Of a stretch of 55,665 nt of DNA, positions 24,701 through 36,222 are shown in pieces (position 1 is the stretch's first letter; each line of letters starts with the position of its first letter). The stretch comes from Girardia tigrina (taxonomy: Eukaryota). The notes under the pieces were generated by a model. The model made no database searches. It worked only from the letters and a program-made list of their open reading frames with translations, and had not been told where the DNA came from. The position numbers were made by a program, and so were the translations under genes. The stretch spans positions 62,001-117,665 of the forward strand of contig MQRK01225287.1 of the NCBI GenBank assembly GCA_001938485.1. Reading direction: 5' to 3'.

Positions 24701-27700
24701 NNNNNNNNNNNNNNNNNNNNNNNNNNNNNNNNNNNNNNNNNNNNNNNNNNNNNNNNNNNNNNNNNNNNNNNNNNNNNNNNNNNNNNNNNNNNNNNNNNNN
24801 NNNNNNNNNNNNNNNNNNNNNNNNNNNNNNNNNNNNNNNNNNNNNNNNNNNNNNNNNNNNNNNNNNNNNNNNNNNNNNNNNNNNNNNNNNNNNNNNNNNN
24901 NNNNNNNNNNNNNNNNNNNNNNNNNNNNNNNNNNNNNNNNNNNNNNNNNNNNNNNNNNNNNNNNNNNNNNNNNNNNNNNNNNNNNNNNNNNNNNNNNNNN
25001 NNNNNNNNNNNNNNNNNNNNNNNNNNNNNNNNNNNNNNNNNNNNNNNNNNNNNNNNNNNNNNNNNNNNNNNNNTCTTCAAAAGCTTAATGAGTTGGGCTA
25101 TGAAACCCTGCTTCATCCACCATATTCACCAGACCTCTCGCCAACGGACTTCTACTTTTTCAGGCATTTGTACAACTTCCTGCGTGAAAAAAATTTCAAA
25201 AACCAAAATGATGCTCAAAATGCCTTAAAAAATTCGTAGCTTCGAGAACCGATGCATTTTATGCTGATGGAATAAAACAACTTGTTTCTCGTTGGCAAAA
25301 ATGAATTGATGCCAACGGTTTATACTTTGATTAATAAACTTTTGTTTCTGTGAATTTGCACGTCTTTGAAGTTTGTGTCCCAAAACCGCCATTATTTTTC
25401 GACCAACCTAATATTTGACTGATAGCACTAAGCTTAGGTGATACGAAAATTTCTGGGCGTAGTTGCTGAAAGTTAGGTTCGTATCACAGGAGAGGAATTA
25501 TTTTCTGGCAGTGTGTAGAGCATCGAAATCCGTGTTAGCCGTATCTTTGAAAAGCTCGTCAAGAAAGGCAGTTCCAGCTCCGAATAAGACGAAACTCAGA
25601 GAAATTCATGTGGATGAATGAAAAGTAACTCACTATCTTTGTAAAACGAGCGGGAAAGTCATGCTAGTTAAAGGAGGATCTTTAACAACGTAGAGAAGTT
25701 TTAAATTCGCTGGAAACACTCGAACAGTCCGTTGGATTTGGGGTGGTACAGGGTAGTATGGATATGTTTTAAATCAAAATATTTTGCAAAAGCCAGAAAC
25801 AAATTGCTTTAAATCTGCTAAATATGGTCCGCGATGACTTGAGAAATGACACCGTGCGCAGTGATCCAAGAATTGATTAAATATCTAGCCACCATTTCAG
25901 TAGAAAATTGGAACCGCTTCAGACCATCTGGTTTTCCGATCCATCATTGTTAAGATGAATAAACATATATTTGACGAAGGAAACGGGCCGAAGATGTCCA
26001 GATGTACAATCTCGAAACCAGCGGCTTATGACCTGGTAATATCTTGAATTAGTTGTCTGAAAGGACGTGTGAAAAGTGTGAAACAGCGTCATGAATGGTT
26101 AAAAGTTCTCGATCAAATGCTGAATATCGATTTTCATCGTCTGGAAGTTTTCGAGATATTGTTCCCTTATTTGATTCAGTGCAGTTCCCATTGCGATATA
26201 ACTATTGCAATTGTAGTTATGGGTCATCGAACATTAGATTTCGGCAATCGAGAATTTGTTTCTGAATATCGGAAATCAGGAAGTTAAATCTTCAGTCCAT
26301 TTGAGATGGTGAGTTTTTTTTGTTTTTGTTTTGGTATCAAGGAAACAGAAACTATTTATGCAAGAAATTCAATATCATGTGGCAAGAATCAATGATGGAA
26401 GTTTACCATTCTGAAGAAGCTCATGAGTTGTGATACAGTTACTGACAATTCAAGTTTTGAAATTGTTTTTATCCGATAGTGGATATGAGAGATACCGTGA
26501 CAGTTGATTTGGAATCCAAAAAACGTGAATAAAAAATTTTTTTATTGATTTGAAGATTGTTTTCATGCAACTTCGTGAGCAGCGAACACAGAGTTTGAAA
26601 ATGATAATCTTTATTATTTGATGATATTAGAACGCTGTCCAAATAAACGAAACCCCCATTGAAGTCAGCAGTAAGTAGCTTTGTAATGATTGAGCGGCAT
26701 TCTGAGATCAAAATGCATATGAAAAAATCCAAATAAGCAAAATGAAGTAATTAAAACGGTGACCTATCTTTCGAAAACATGAAGAGCCGATGTCCATGGA
26801 GAAGAACGACAGATGACCACATTTTTCTCTAACTGGCGAAATTATTCTTGAACTTCCGATCTTAATTGAACTGAAAGTTTGTGATGCTTGTGTCTGATTG
26901 AATGTTAGGGCTTTAAAAAAAGCGGGAAAATAGTTAGTGGCAGTTCGTTAACAGCTCGAGGCGATTGTTGATAAAGAATCTGGCGGGATTAAAATTTTGG
27001 TAAACGAATGATCTTCAATGATTTTATGAGAGTGATAATCAACCAAAAGCCATAACTTCTTAAGAAATCGGCTCCAAAAAGTAGATGCATTGTGTGGGCA
27101 AGAATTAAAGTTGAAAGGTTAAAGGTAAAAAGTAAAAGTTTAAAGTCGTGTGGAGCATTGTTGATTAAGTCACGAGGCCCTAAAATCAATGTTCGATCGG
27201 CAGTCTCAACCAGCTTATTGAGAATTTTTGATTAGCGTGATTTCATGCAATCGATTACATAATCATCATTTTTGTATTTATATACAGGTGAATTGACTAT
27301 TAATTAGTGACCTGAAGATGACGGTTGACATATCAAATTTATTGTCAATAAATACATTTTCCAATAGATGAACTTTATTTAAAATATGATAGTATAAATT
27401 TGAAGCAATACGAAAGAATAAGTCACTTTATCGACACGAATACCGTTACCATTTCCGATGACATTCTTCGATTTCCGTCATAATCGGTTTGCATTTCCAA
27501 ACACTTTTCGTTTTCTCAATCTTACAACACTCGTTCCATTCTTAGATTGATTTACTATCAATAATAATAATCGTTCTCATGACAACCTACTGTCCCAAAG
27601 ATCTTTACAGTTCTCCGTTCTAATGATCTCTCGTTTAAATTCAGGAATTAAAAGATTTTCTTCAGCTTTACGCAATCTTTTCGATTTAGGATTGCCTTTG

Positions 27701-27880
27701 TTGTTAATGATAACAAAAAATAGAAAAAAACATAATTAAAAAAATTATTTTGTAATTTATATTTGATAATAAAAATCGAAAAAATAAAAACATACCGAGT
27801 CCTTTGGGTCCTCCGTTAAATTCCGAGGGAATTCCCGTGAACTCATTTCGATAAATGTACCGTTTCAGAAATTCATCCAT
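15785..27880 (-). CDS. CMC1: COX assembly mitochondrial protein CMC1 (twin CX9C); exons 27880-27796, 27695-27591, 27540-27450, 15905-15785; 133 aa
   Basis: Spliced product MDEFLKRYIYRNEFTGIPSEFNGGPKGLGNPKSKRLRKAEENLLIPEFKREIIRTENCKDLWDKWNECCKIEKTKSVWKCKPIMTEIEECHRKWFYDEKFSQKITDLYLERRSHYRETGEGFSVRIKKPPQKA*. All introns are GT-AG with consistent phases. It has two CX9C motifs plus the GPxGLGxP, LRKxExxxLIP and YLxxRSxYRxTG signatures. Confidence 0.92.
17669..17896. mobile_element. Tc2/pogo-type MITE
   Basis: TIRs TCGTATTTTTCCGTGTA / TACACGGAAAAATACGG flanked by TA. Confidence 0.7.
18605..19604 (+). mobile_element. Gene-carrying non-autonomous element, copy B (TG...CA ends, 5-bp TSD ACGAA), cargo = Sec22 copy
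   Basis: Starts TGGAGCGGAGAATTGCCGATTTGACCGAACAT and ends TGGAGACACGGCTTCCTGTCCA. Flanked by ACGAA (18600-18604 and 19605-19609). Confidence 0.88.
19053..19582 (+). pseudogene. SEC22: Intronless, truncated Sec22 (longin R-SNARE) pseudogene
   Basis: MILLTNLKINDGLVLATSMQEDE...LFRKM...KKVAFAFL...RPYVFIKFD...DIQRIMVKSINDVILRGESLSALDDK matches Sec22b. It has a premature TAA at 19341-19343, a frameshift near 19419, and is cut before the transmembrane helix by the element's right end. Confidence 0.92.
20020..21199 (-). mobile_element. mariner transposon relic
   Basis: Transposase from ATG near 21065 (IRVLLRHYWKKG...), with QQDNAPAH and HRAFSPD motifs, stops and frameshifts. One TIR is visible near 21184-21199. 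Confidence 0.85.
21632..21750 (+). repeat. About 120-bp direct repeat, second copy at about 23168-23286 (possible LTR fragment)
   Basis: ACCT(T/C)TGTATCTGATTTAAGATTTAA...GGTGATCCGTTCAGTCGAAGGAG...GAGACAAAT is present twice with few mismatches. Confidence 0.85.
22601..22985 (+). pseudogene. Decayed acidic ORF of unknown function
   Basis: ATG at 22601 reads MSDAQFSS...NEEND*NDQETLSIISNIDD..., with one in-frame TAA. It runs into repeat-like sequence after about 22986. Confidence 0.35.
24135..25411 (+). mobile_element. mariner element, full length by its ends, interior in an N-gap
   Basis: TIRs TTAGGTTGGTCGAAAAATAATGGCGGTTTT at both ends, TA TSD, HPPYSPDLSPTDF motif, span about 1.28 kb. Confidence 0.92.
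24310..25073. other. Assembly gap (others: 2830-3082, 29102-29294, 29469-30127)
   Basis: Runs of N. Confidence 1.
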
Positions 27881-28001
27881 TTTAAATTGAAATACTTTAT
27901 AGAAAATTCATTTGGACGATTAAAACAAATATTTGTTTTTTGGGATGAAATTTATTGACGATTTTATCTTCTTTTCTCTTCGGTTGGCTGATAAAAGATG
28001 T

Positions 28002-28257
28002 ATCATATGTAAATTACGTTAAATTCTAATTTATTTTTTAAAGATTTGTATTGAAATGAGAAAAAATACTGTTTATGGACTTTTCGACGAAAAATAAATG
28101 ACTAGATCAAAAAATAAAAAAAACATTCGAGAAAACTTGGAATCGAATAATAAGATGCTAAAAAATGCAAATAGAAATTTTCAAATAATGATAAATTATC
28201 ATTATCAATACAAATCTTTAAAAAATAAATTAGAATTTAACGTAATTTACATATGAT
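28002..28257. repeat. Perfect 53-bp inverted repeat with 150-bp spacer, upstream of CMC1
   Basis: 28002-28054 is the exact reverse complement of 28205-28257. Confidence 0.9.
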
Positions 28258-28350
28258 GAATTATCATTCATAATTTATTATTATTAGTAGTTTATTAACT
28301 TCATTAATTAAACATGAAGTAATGATAAAAAATAACTTGTTTCCTTTATC

Positions 28351-28578
28351 ATGAAAAGTTATTTCATAAGATATAGAATTTTAATAAAAGCCAATAGAAT
28401 TGCGACAGGAATTAACAACCTGGAAATTCCGCAAAAGTTATTTCGAGAAACGGATCTTACTTATCAAAATGTCCTAAATATCCTACAGGAAATATCACGG
28501 TTTATCAAACTCCAAATCATTTCCAATTCTGCAAGTGAACAAATAAGACGAATAGGGCATCAGAAGGGAATATTCTAA
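28351..28578 (+). mobile_element. Retrotransposon gag fragment
   Basis: RIATGINNLEIPQKLFRETDLTYQNVLNI resembles the Gypsy gag motif 'v.Gi.d..i.qkLl.e.dLtl'. Confidence 0.45.
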
Positions 28579-30127
28579 ATATAGTATCTGGTGGAATAGG
28601 AAAGCAGCGGATCAGTCAAAGGCTACGATTACAAATGGACCCTGTCAGTTAGAATGAATGAAACAATATGAATGATATTCTTTTCATTATCTATAGTCTA
28701 TTGTTAGATTATCTGGGGTTAATTTTAAATATAACCCTCTAGCGATACCTAACAAAGGGGTTGTCAATTCAGTTATTGATATTAAATAGATTTTAATCAA
28801 TAATCAATTATTAATTTAATTTATTTAACAATCTAAATCCAAATCAAAAGACAAGTAAATTTAATACAATAATATTTTAAATTTACAACAAATACAAAAA
28901 TCTTTTATCTACAAGCTGATTAACAATAGTTAGTTAAAAATGTGTAACCCCCTACTTATGTCCTATTTACGCTGAAGGTCTGGTTCTCGTCCAGAGCCTT
29001 TGATATTTTAGGGTGCGGGTTTATTCAAATAATATAAAATAACAAAATTTTAATATAAATAAAAATTAAAGATTTTAAAAAGTTATAACTTGTAATAACC
29101 TNNNNNNNNNNNNNNNNNNNNNNNNNNNNNNNNNNNNNNNNNNNNNNNNNNNNNNNNNNNNNNNNNNNNNNNNNNNNNNNNNNNNNNNNNNNNNNNNNNN
29201 NNNNNNNNNNNNNNNNNNNNNNNNNNNNNNNNNNNNNNNNNNNNNNNNNNNNNNNNNNNNNNNNNNNNNNNNNNNNNNNNNNNNNNNNNNNNNNTTACAC
29301 CGACTCCTTTTATACTTAGGTTTCTTCGGTGTAGGTCTTATGCGTAGGTCTAACTAGTCTAGACTTCAAAACTTCTGACCTTAATATTTCTTAAATTTCT
29401 TAAATAATGATTGACCTTACTTATAATATTTCTTTAGATATAAATAATAATATAATATTATTTATTTTNNNNNNNNNNNNNNNNNNNNNNNNNNNNNNNN
29501 NNNNNNNNNNNNNNNNNNNNNNNNNNNNNNNNNNNNNNNNNNNNNNNNNNNNNNNNNNNNNNNNNNNNNNNNNNNNNNNNNNNNNNNNNNNNNNNNNNNN
29601 NNNNNNNNNNNNNNNNNNNNNNNNNNNNNNNNNNNNNNNNNNNNNNNNNNNNNNNNNNNNNNNNNNNNNNNNNNNNNNNNNNNNNNNNNNNNNNNNNNNN
29701 NNNNNNNNNNNNNNNNNNNNNNNNNNNNNNNNNNNNNNNNNNNNNNNNNNNNNNNNNNNNNNNNNNNNNNNNNNNNNNNNNNNNNNNNNNNNNNNNNNNN
29801 NNNNNNNNNNNNNNNNNNNNNNNNNNNNNNNNNNNNNNNNNNNNNNNNNNNNNNNNNNNNNNNNNNNNNNNNNNNNNNNNNNNNNNNNNNNNNNNNNNNN
29901 NNNNNNNNNNNNNNNNNNNNNNNNNNNNNNNNNNNNNNNNNNNNNNNNNNNNNNNNNNNNNNNNNNNNNNNNNNNNNNNNNNNNNNNNNNNNNNNNNNNN
30001 NNNNNNNNNNNNNNNNNNNNNNNNNNNNNNNNNNNNNNNNNNNNNNNNNNNNNNNNNNNNNNNNNNNNNNNNNNNNNNNNNNNNNNNNNNNNNNNNNNNN
30101 NNNNNNNNNNNNNNNNNNNNNNNNNNN

Positions 30128-30564
30128 ATGCATAAAAAATTGAAAACCCTTTGTCCGGGATTGGTCAATCGAAAAAGTCCCATCCTTCTTCATGATAACG
30201 CTAGACCTTATATTTCAAAAGTGACTCTTCAAAAGCTTAATGAGTTTGGCTATGAAACCCTGCTTCATCCACCATATTCACCAGACCTCTCGCCAACGGA
30301 CTTCTACTTTTTCAGGCATTTGTACAACTTTCTGCGTGAAAAAAAATTCAAAAACCAAAATGATGCTCAAAATGCCTTCCAAGAATTCGTGGCTTCGAGA
30401 ACCGATGCATTTTATGCTGATGGAATAAAACAACTTGTTTTTCGTTGGCAAAAATGTATTGATGTCAACGGTTCATACTTTGATTAATAAACTTTTGTTT
30501 CTGTGAATTTGCACGTCTTTGAAGTTTGTGTCCCAAAACCGCCATTATTTTTCGACCAACCTAA
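30128..30564 (+). mobile_element. mariner element 3' part, same family as 24135-25411
   Basis: Uninterrupted ORF with HDNARP and HPPYSPDLSPTDF. Nearly identical to 25074-25411, with the same right TIR followed by TA. Confidence 0.92.
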
Positions 30565-30716
30565 TATGTGAAATGCATTCTGCAGTTAAATATTATTCAA
30601 CTGTTCTGTTTTTGGTGTTTTTTTCAAATTCCTGCTAATAAAATTAATTAGTTGAAATTGTATTAAAAGAAGGATGTGTGAAAATTGAAGTAGTGGAAGC
30701 TAACAAGTTAATTGTA

Positions 30717-33700
30717 TAGGGTGTTCCAAAATTAATGGGAAATTTTTGTTTTAATTTATCTCGAGAAAGGCCTTTTATTTCACGGAAATTCATATTTACG
30801 ATTTAACACTGATTATTCTCATTTATTTACAGATGAATGAAATCTCGACACGATGACCTCTTGAGGAGAGAATTAAAATTGTATTCCTCTATGCACAATT
30901 CCAGAATTATGAATTTTCTACCTCATCTCATAAGTTTATAACAATCAAGGCAGTGTTTGAGCTATTTCAGCAGACCTGAAGCGTTTAAGAACCCCACAAG
31001 GTCAGGGCGTCCAGCTACATTTACAATGCCTGAACGGATCAAACAAGTTCAAAAGTTTGTCGTCGCAGATACTTCATCATTTGTGTCTCATGGGGCAGCC
31101 GCTCTTGAATTGCCACAAACAAGCTACCACCGTCTGCTTGTGAAACTTGATCTTATGCCCTACCCTCCGCAACACATACCAATGTTCAGTGATTGCAACT
31201 TTGATAAGCGAGAAGAGTTTTCCAAAATCATTGAGGAGAGATTCGACGCTAACCCTCACTAAATTAACCACATAATGTGGACAGACGAATCTTTGTTTTA
31301 CCTATCTGAAACAGTGTCACAACACAACAATGTTCGGTGGGGACCAAAAAAATCCACACGCTCACTAGCAGATTCTAAACTCTCGCCAGGGAATTGTGGT
31401 GTGGTGTGGAGTTATTTCGGCGGTTGTCTTGGGACTTTATTTCTTTAATGGTCCAGTCAATGCTGATGCCTATCTACACCTGGTGCAAACAACTATGTGA
31501 CTTTATGTAAGATACAAGAGGCTTACCTTCTGACCCCTGCCTACCTTATGAGGATCCTGCCAATTACGCATCTTCAGTACGCAGCTGGCTCCACAAAAAG
31601 TTTCCTCAGCGGTGGATCAACATAAGTTGTCCAATGGAATGGACCCTTCGTTCGTCTGACTAACCTTTGTGTGATTACTTTCTCTGGAGATACCTGAAAG
31701 AGCATGTGTGCGCACAAGGCATGCTGCCATTGCTTAGCTCCGAGACAAGATTGAATGCATGATTAAAAAAATATCACAAGATATAGTCAAAAGAGTGTGA
31801 AATAATTATGGAAATTTAAATTTGTTTTTGTTTAACTGAATCAATTTGACAATATTCCAGTTTTGTCTTTACTAATTTTGATTGGTGTAATAAATATAAA
31901 GCTTTTCTATACAAACTATTGCTGCATGAAACAAGTGAAATTTAACGAAATGCTCCAAATGGTCGATGAGCAGCAACTTTGATTTCTGGTGCCGAAAATT
32001 CGAGACCGCAGCGACAATTTTCGAAATAGACAAATTGGCGGATCTACCGATGCACCTGGACTGGAGAATTTTCGAATTATTCTAGGAACTGACGAGCGAC
32101 GACCAACAGAGCTACGATTCAGTGAAAGCCGCGCTAACAGAGGCGTACAGGCCTAATCCGTAGGATGCTTTTGATAAACTTAGATCGAGAAATATTCGAC
32201 CGGGAGAATCGGTCGAAGAATTCTGTCAGCTCTGCAACGACTCGCAACAGCCATCTGTGCAGGGTAGGAGCGTCAAGAACAATTCCTGTGGCAGGCTTTT
32301 TTGGCAGGTCTACCGGCAGATGTATCGAAACATATGGGGTCGGAGACCGGGAAGCGAGAGATCCCTCTGCGCAACCTGATCCCAGTAGCACGGTCGCTAC
32401 TCCTCATCAACACAGGCGCAGGTAAAATAGTCTAGTCAGTAACTGACACAGTGGATGCAGCTGCATCGAAGGATAGTTACGGTGCCGATCAGAGACGGTC
32501 TTTTAAGTGCAACCGGCGGGGTCATCTGCAACGGGACTACAAAACGAAGTCAGAGGTGAAAAAATGCCCTTCACCGGTTCCAAGATCCAGAATGTGCTTT
32601 ATATGCGGCGCACCAGATCACTTCTGCGTGGCCTGCTTGCAAAAATTAGATTGCAAAAGACCAACAGGTCCTCTCTTCTGCGCGGGAAATGTACCTGTTA
32701 ATGTCAATTCACAGTTAGCCGTCGTCGATCTCCAGGTCAGAGCAGTGTGTGAGAGCCCTGGTCGACACCGGGTGCTCTGTAACCATGATATAACAGTAGC
32801 TCATACGGCCAAACCGAGTGCAATTGCCGTCCGAACAATTACAAACAGTTCTCGGCCAAGCGGTGGTATCTCACGGGGCCTGGGGGGAGATTGAAGTGTC
32901 AGAGTGGCCTTTGAAATGCTGGATCCTGTTAGGTCGGTGTTTAAAACCAATCGGGGCGGAGATGATACGTGGGATGGACGTGATCCGGTCGCTGAGAGGA
33001 GTAAGGGTAGGAATCACGAGGGAGGAAGCCAGATTTGGCGCAGACGCGATGAAGAAATCCAATCTAGAACGGAGCGACTCCGGAATCGGTCGGAGAGAAC
33101 TGCCAGGGACCACCGTTGCAACACTGTTGAGCACACTGCCTGATCAACTGATCAAGTAAAAGGAGCAGCACCAACTCATATTGTTGATCAGGACTTCACG
33201 ACTGTATTCGACAGATCCTTCTGGTCCGTTACATGGCAATTGAATGATGGGCATACGCCACAAGTTCACTGCAGTGTAGCGGAGTACGCATCGCTGAAGA
33301 CGCATGAAGTAGATATAAGCGAACTCGAGGAATGGAAATCTAGGGGAGGGATGGTGGAGTGCGAAAGCTGCCTCGAACCAACGAAGCCTTTAAAGGCAAT
33401 GTTACAAGAGGTAAAAGAAAAAGTTCGGCTCGTACTCGACTACCGGGATCTTAATGAGTCAATTATAGTCACACCGCCGAGAGTTTAGTGTGTGAATAAA
33501 AAATGAAAAGATGGCGCCGAATGGATCGAAATGTGGTCATCGTATTTCTGCGGCGAGCGTACTATCAGATCTAAGTCGACAAATCATTGTAGGCTTACAA
33601 GGTGGTGAAACATCTGAACAAATCTTGGTATTAAACTTGGTCGGACCCTGTGGTACAGGCAAACACAGATGCCAACTACGACGACATCGCGGTCAACGTG

Positions 33701-35590
33701 GCCTAAATGCCAGTAGACAGGTTAATAGCAGCCTACAGAGCTTCAGACTAGAAGCAAAAGACCCAATTCCTATAGACGGTGGCCGAGTGTTAGGATTGGC
33801 GGTGAAGGCCTGTGCAAATGGACGGTTACAGTGGAGGCATAACAGAGGCGTCCCATCGATCCCAGATCGCATTACTCGTCGTAATATATTCGCGTGGACC
33901 GGTCGTTTGGTGGGTCACTATCCGGTCACACTTACAACTGGCGTGCAGTGTCATCAGAAGAATGACCAGCAACGACGAATGGAACGCAGTAGTGGATCCG
34001 CAAATTGGTGAGACCCCACAGCAGTTGGCACGAGGAGTCCAAACGGAAGATCCAGCCAAGAGCGATTGGAAAGTACTGCACAGCGAGAAGGGCCGTGGGT
34101 GGTGCGACGCAAGATCAATTGCGACCGGAATTTGCGTCGAAATAAGCGGCGCAATCGTGGAAGACGCTTTTTGGTTGGCCTGAAAGAGGATAGAAATCAC
34201 ATTAATTTAGCCGAGCTGGACGCAGCTGTCAAGTGGGAAATTTGAGAGTTGGATTTCTTAACCAATTCAACAACAATTAGTAAATGGCTCTCATCGGCAA
34301 TATCAGGACGCGTGCCGATTAGATCTCAAACACTCAACGATATCTTAATTAGTTGAAGAGTTGGCCTATTCAAACAAGTGGTGGAAGAAGACAAGATGTG
34401 CGTCACATTGACGCTGGTGCGATCAGAAAACAGAGCTGATGTTCTCACTCGAATTCCGAATAACTGGTGGTCATTGGTGCGGAACCCAGCGGTTGTGGCG
34501 GTAGTTTCAGTCTGGAGTCAGCAGAAATTGGTAGACGGTCTTCAACAAATCCATGAAATACATCACTTTGGAATGAGACGTTAAATATTCATGGGGACCG
34601 GGCAAGGTGTCAGAGGATCATGTTGAAGCATGGATTCAACATAGTGAGTGATGTGCGCCGATCGACCCATCACCAATCCAGTGGGAGAATGTGAGCTCTG
34701 AGTTAAGAAATCCTGGATTCGACTCGCGGTGAAAGTGAAAAACATTGGTGCGGCAAAGTTCCTCAAAATGGTAGACTGTGGTCAGGACACTTCATGATTT
34801 GACCCCAAATTGTATCGGAGAACGAAGTAGACATCTGCTCTGCAATGAGCAGCATCTGGAACGAATTCGGTCCACCAGAAGAGATAATTCTTGATAATTA
34901 TAGTACATGGGGATGAGTGCTGAAGTTCATTGAACGGGTTGGTATCGAGGTCCACATTAGATATGTGAACCGTCCTGGCGGCAATGGGATCGAGGAACGC
35001 AGTCATACAACAATTAAACGGATGGTAGCCCGGAGCAAACGACCGCCGAACGAAATTGTTGAGTTGATATAATGCAACCCCGAATGCCGATGGCGTCATT
35101 CAGCATCAACTATTTTCGCTAATAAACGGAGGCTGATACTCCCAAGGGTGCTCAACCTGGTTAATCCCGGCCCAAAATGCGAAGTACTCACAAACGACTT
35201 AAAAATCGGTGACGAGGTATTCGTAAAACACATACACTGCATTTGTGTATGTAGCCAAGGAGACGAGCGTCTGTTTGTGAGCCTTAAGGGCAGGGGTGCC
35301 TTTGGAATAATAATGGAAATATAAACTTATTTTTGTTTAACTGATTGTGTCTACGAATTTTGATCGGTGTGATATATTAAAAGCTTTTCGATTCAAAGAG
35401 TAAGCAATGCAGCGTATGAGCGGTTTGAACAGTGCACCACCTTGCAGGGAAAACAATTGCAAATGTGATCCCATTCAGAACACTCTCCGTATGTTGGCAG
35501 ATACAGTTGCACCATTAACTTTGCATTTTCCTTTATTTTGTCAGATATGCGCACAAAATAATTTTCTCCCATTACTTGTGAAACACCCGG
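30717..35590 (+). mobile_element. Tc1/mariner-superfamily element (rosa/DD40-41D-like), split by an LTR retrotransposon
   Basis: Imperfect TIRs TAGGGTGTTCCAAAATTAATGGGA / TCCCATTACTTGTGAAACACCCGG with TA flanks. Motifs WTDESLF, VVWCGV, FPQRWI and DYFLW. The C-terminus rejoins across the insertion (DIVKR|VSNAAYERFEQC). Confidence 0.8.
31796..35395 (+). mobile_element. Full-length decayed Ty3/Gypsy-like LTR retrotransposon with very short LTRs
   Basis: LTRs at 31796-31913 and 35301-35395, TSD AAGAG, purine-rich tract before the 3' LTR. Contains gag knuckle CFICGAPDHFCVAC, protease LVDTGC, RT LVLDYRDL/YDDI, RNase H WCDA...HINLAELDA, and integrase remnants. Confidence 0.9.
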
Positions 35591-36222
35591 TATGATAAAA
35601 TTACAGTGACAATCCGAGTCAAAATTAAAAACTAATTTGGCTAACTAGAAACACCAGTACCGAGATCATATCTAACAAATCGTTTAATATGGTATCATTC
35701 ATCACCACTGACCGAGAATAATAATCATCGTTTCAATACTGTCACTACTACTAAGGCATACGGATGCGATCATTATGTCAAACTTATTAGACGGTAAATG
35801 ATAATCAACCAAACGTATCAATATTATTGTGAAAATTATTGATTCAAAATCAATTTTAATCATCAATCGCTATTGAACGAAGTCACTATTTCACGGATGT
35901 ATTCAAATCAATAACATTCATCGATTATGTGTCATAAAATATCGAGTTTCTATAATAACAGCAATAGAAAATGATTACAGAGAGAGAGAGAGTAAAATCA
36001 TTTATTCAAACACAGTTTGAAATAATCAATAAAATATATCGAAAAGAATAAATAAGATTTCATGATAATAATATAATATAGTAATGCTGATTTATTGTTT
36101 CGATGTGGCGGCAGAGACAGAGACAAAACGAGAGAGACAGACAAAATATGATGGCAGACAGATCAATCAGTCAATCAATATCGATTGTGTTTCATTGTTT
36201 CATGGCAATAATAGTCGCCGCA

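Larger units (their letters stand above)
23880..27220 (-). mobile_element. Heavily decayed Gypsy pol, interrupted by a mariner
   Basis: LFGADFLRSYG (protease), VYLDSVLISS (RT), HLDIFGPF and DRKTRW (integrase). The integrase C-terminus continues left of the mariner. Confidence 0.7.

Noticed and set aside
24282-30193. Long ORFs in the track spanning X runs
   Set aside because: Artefacts of N-gaps.
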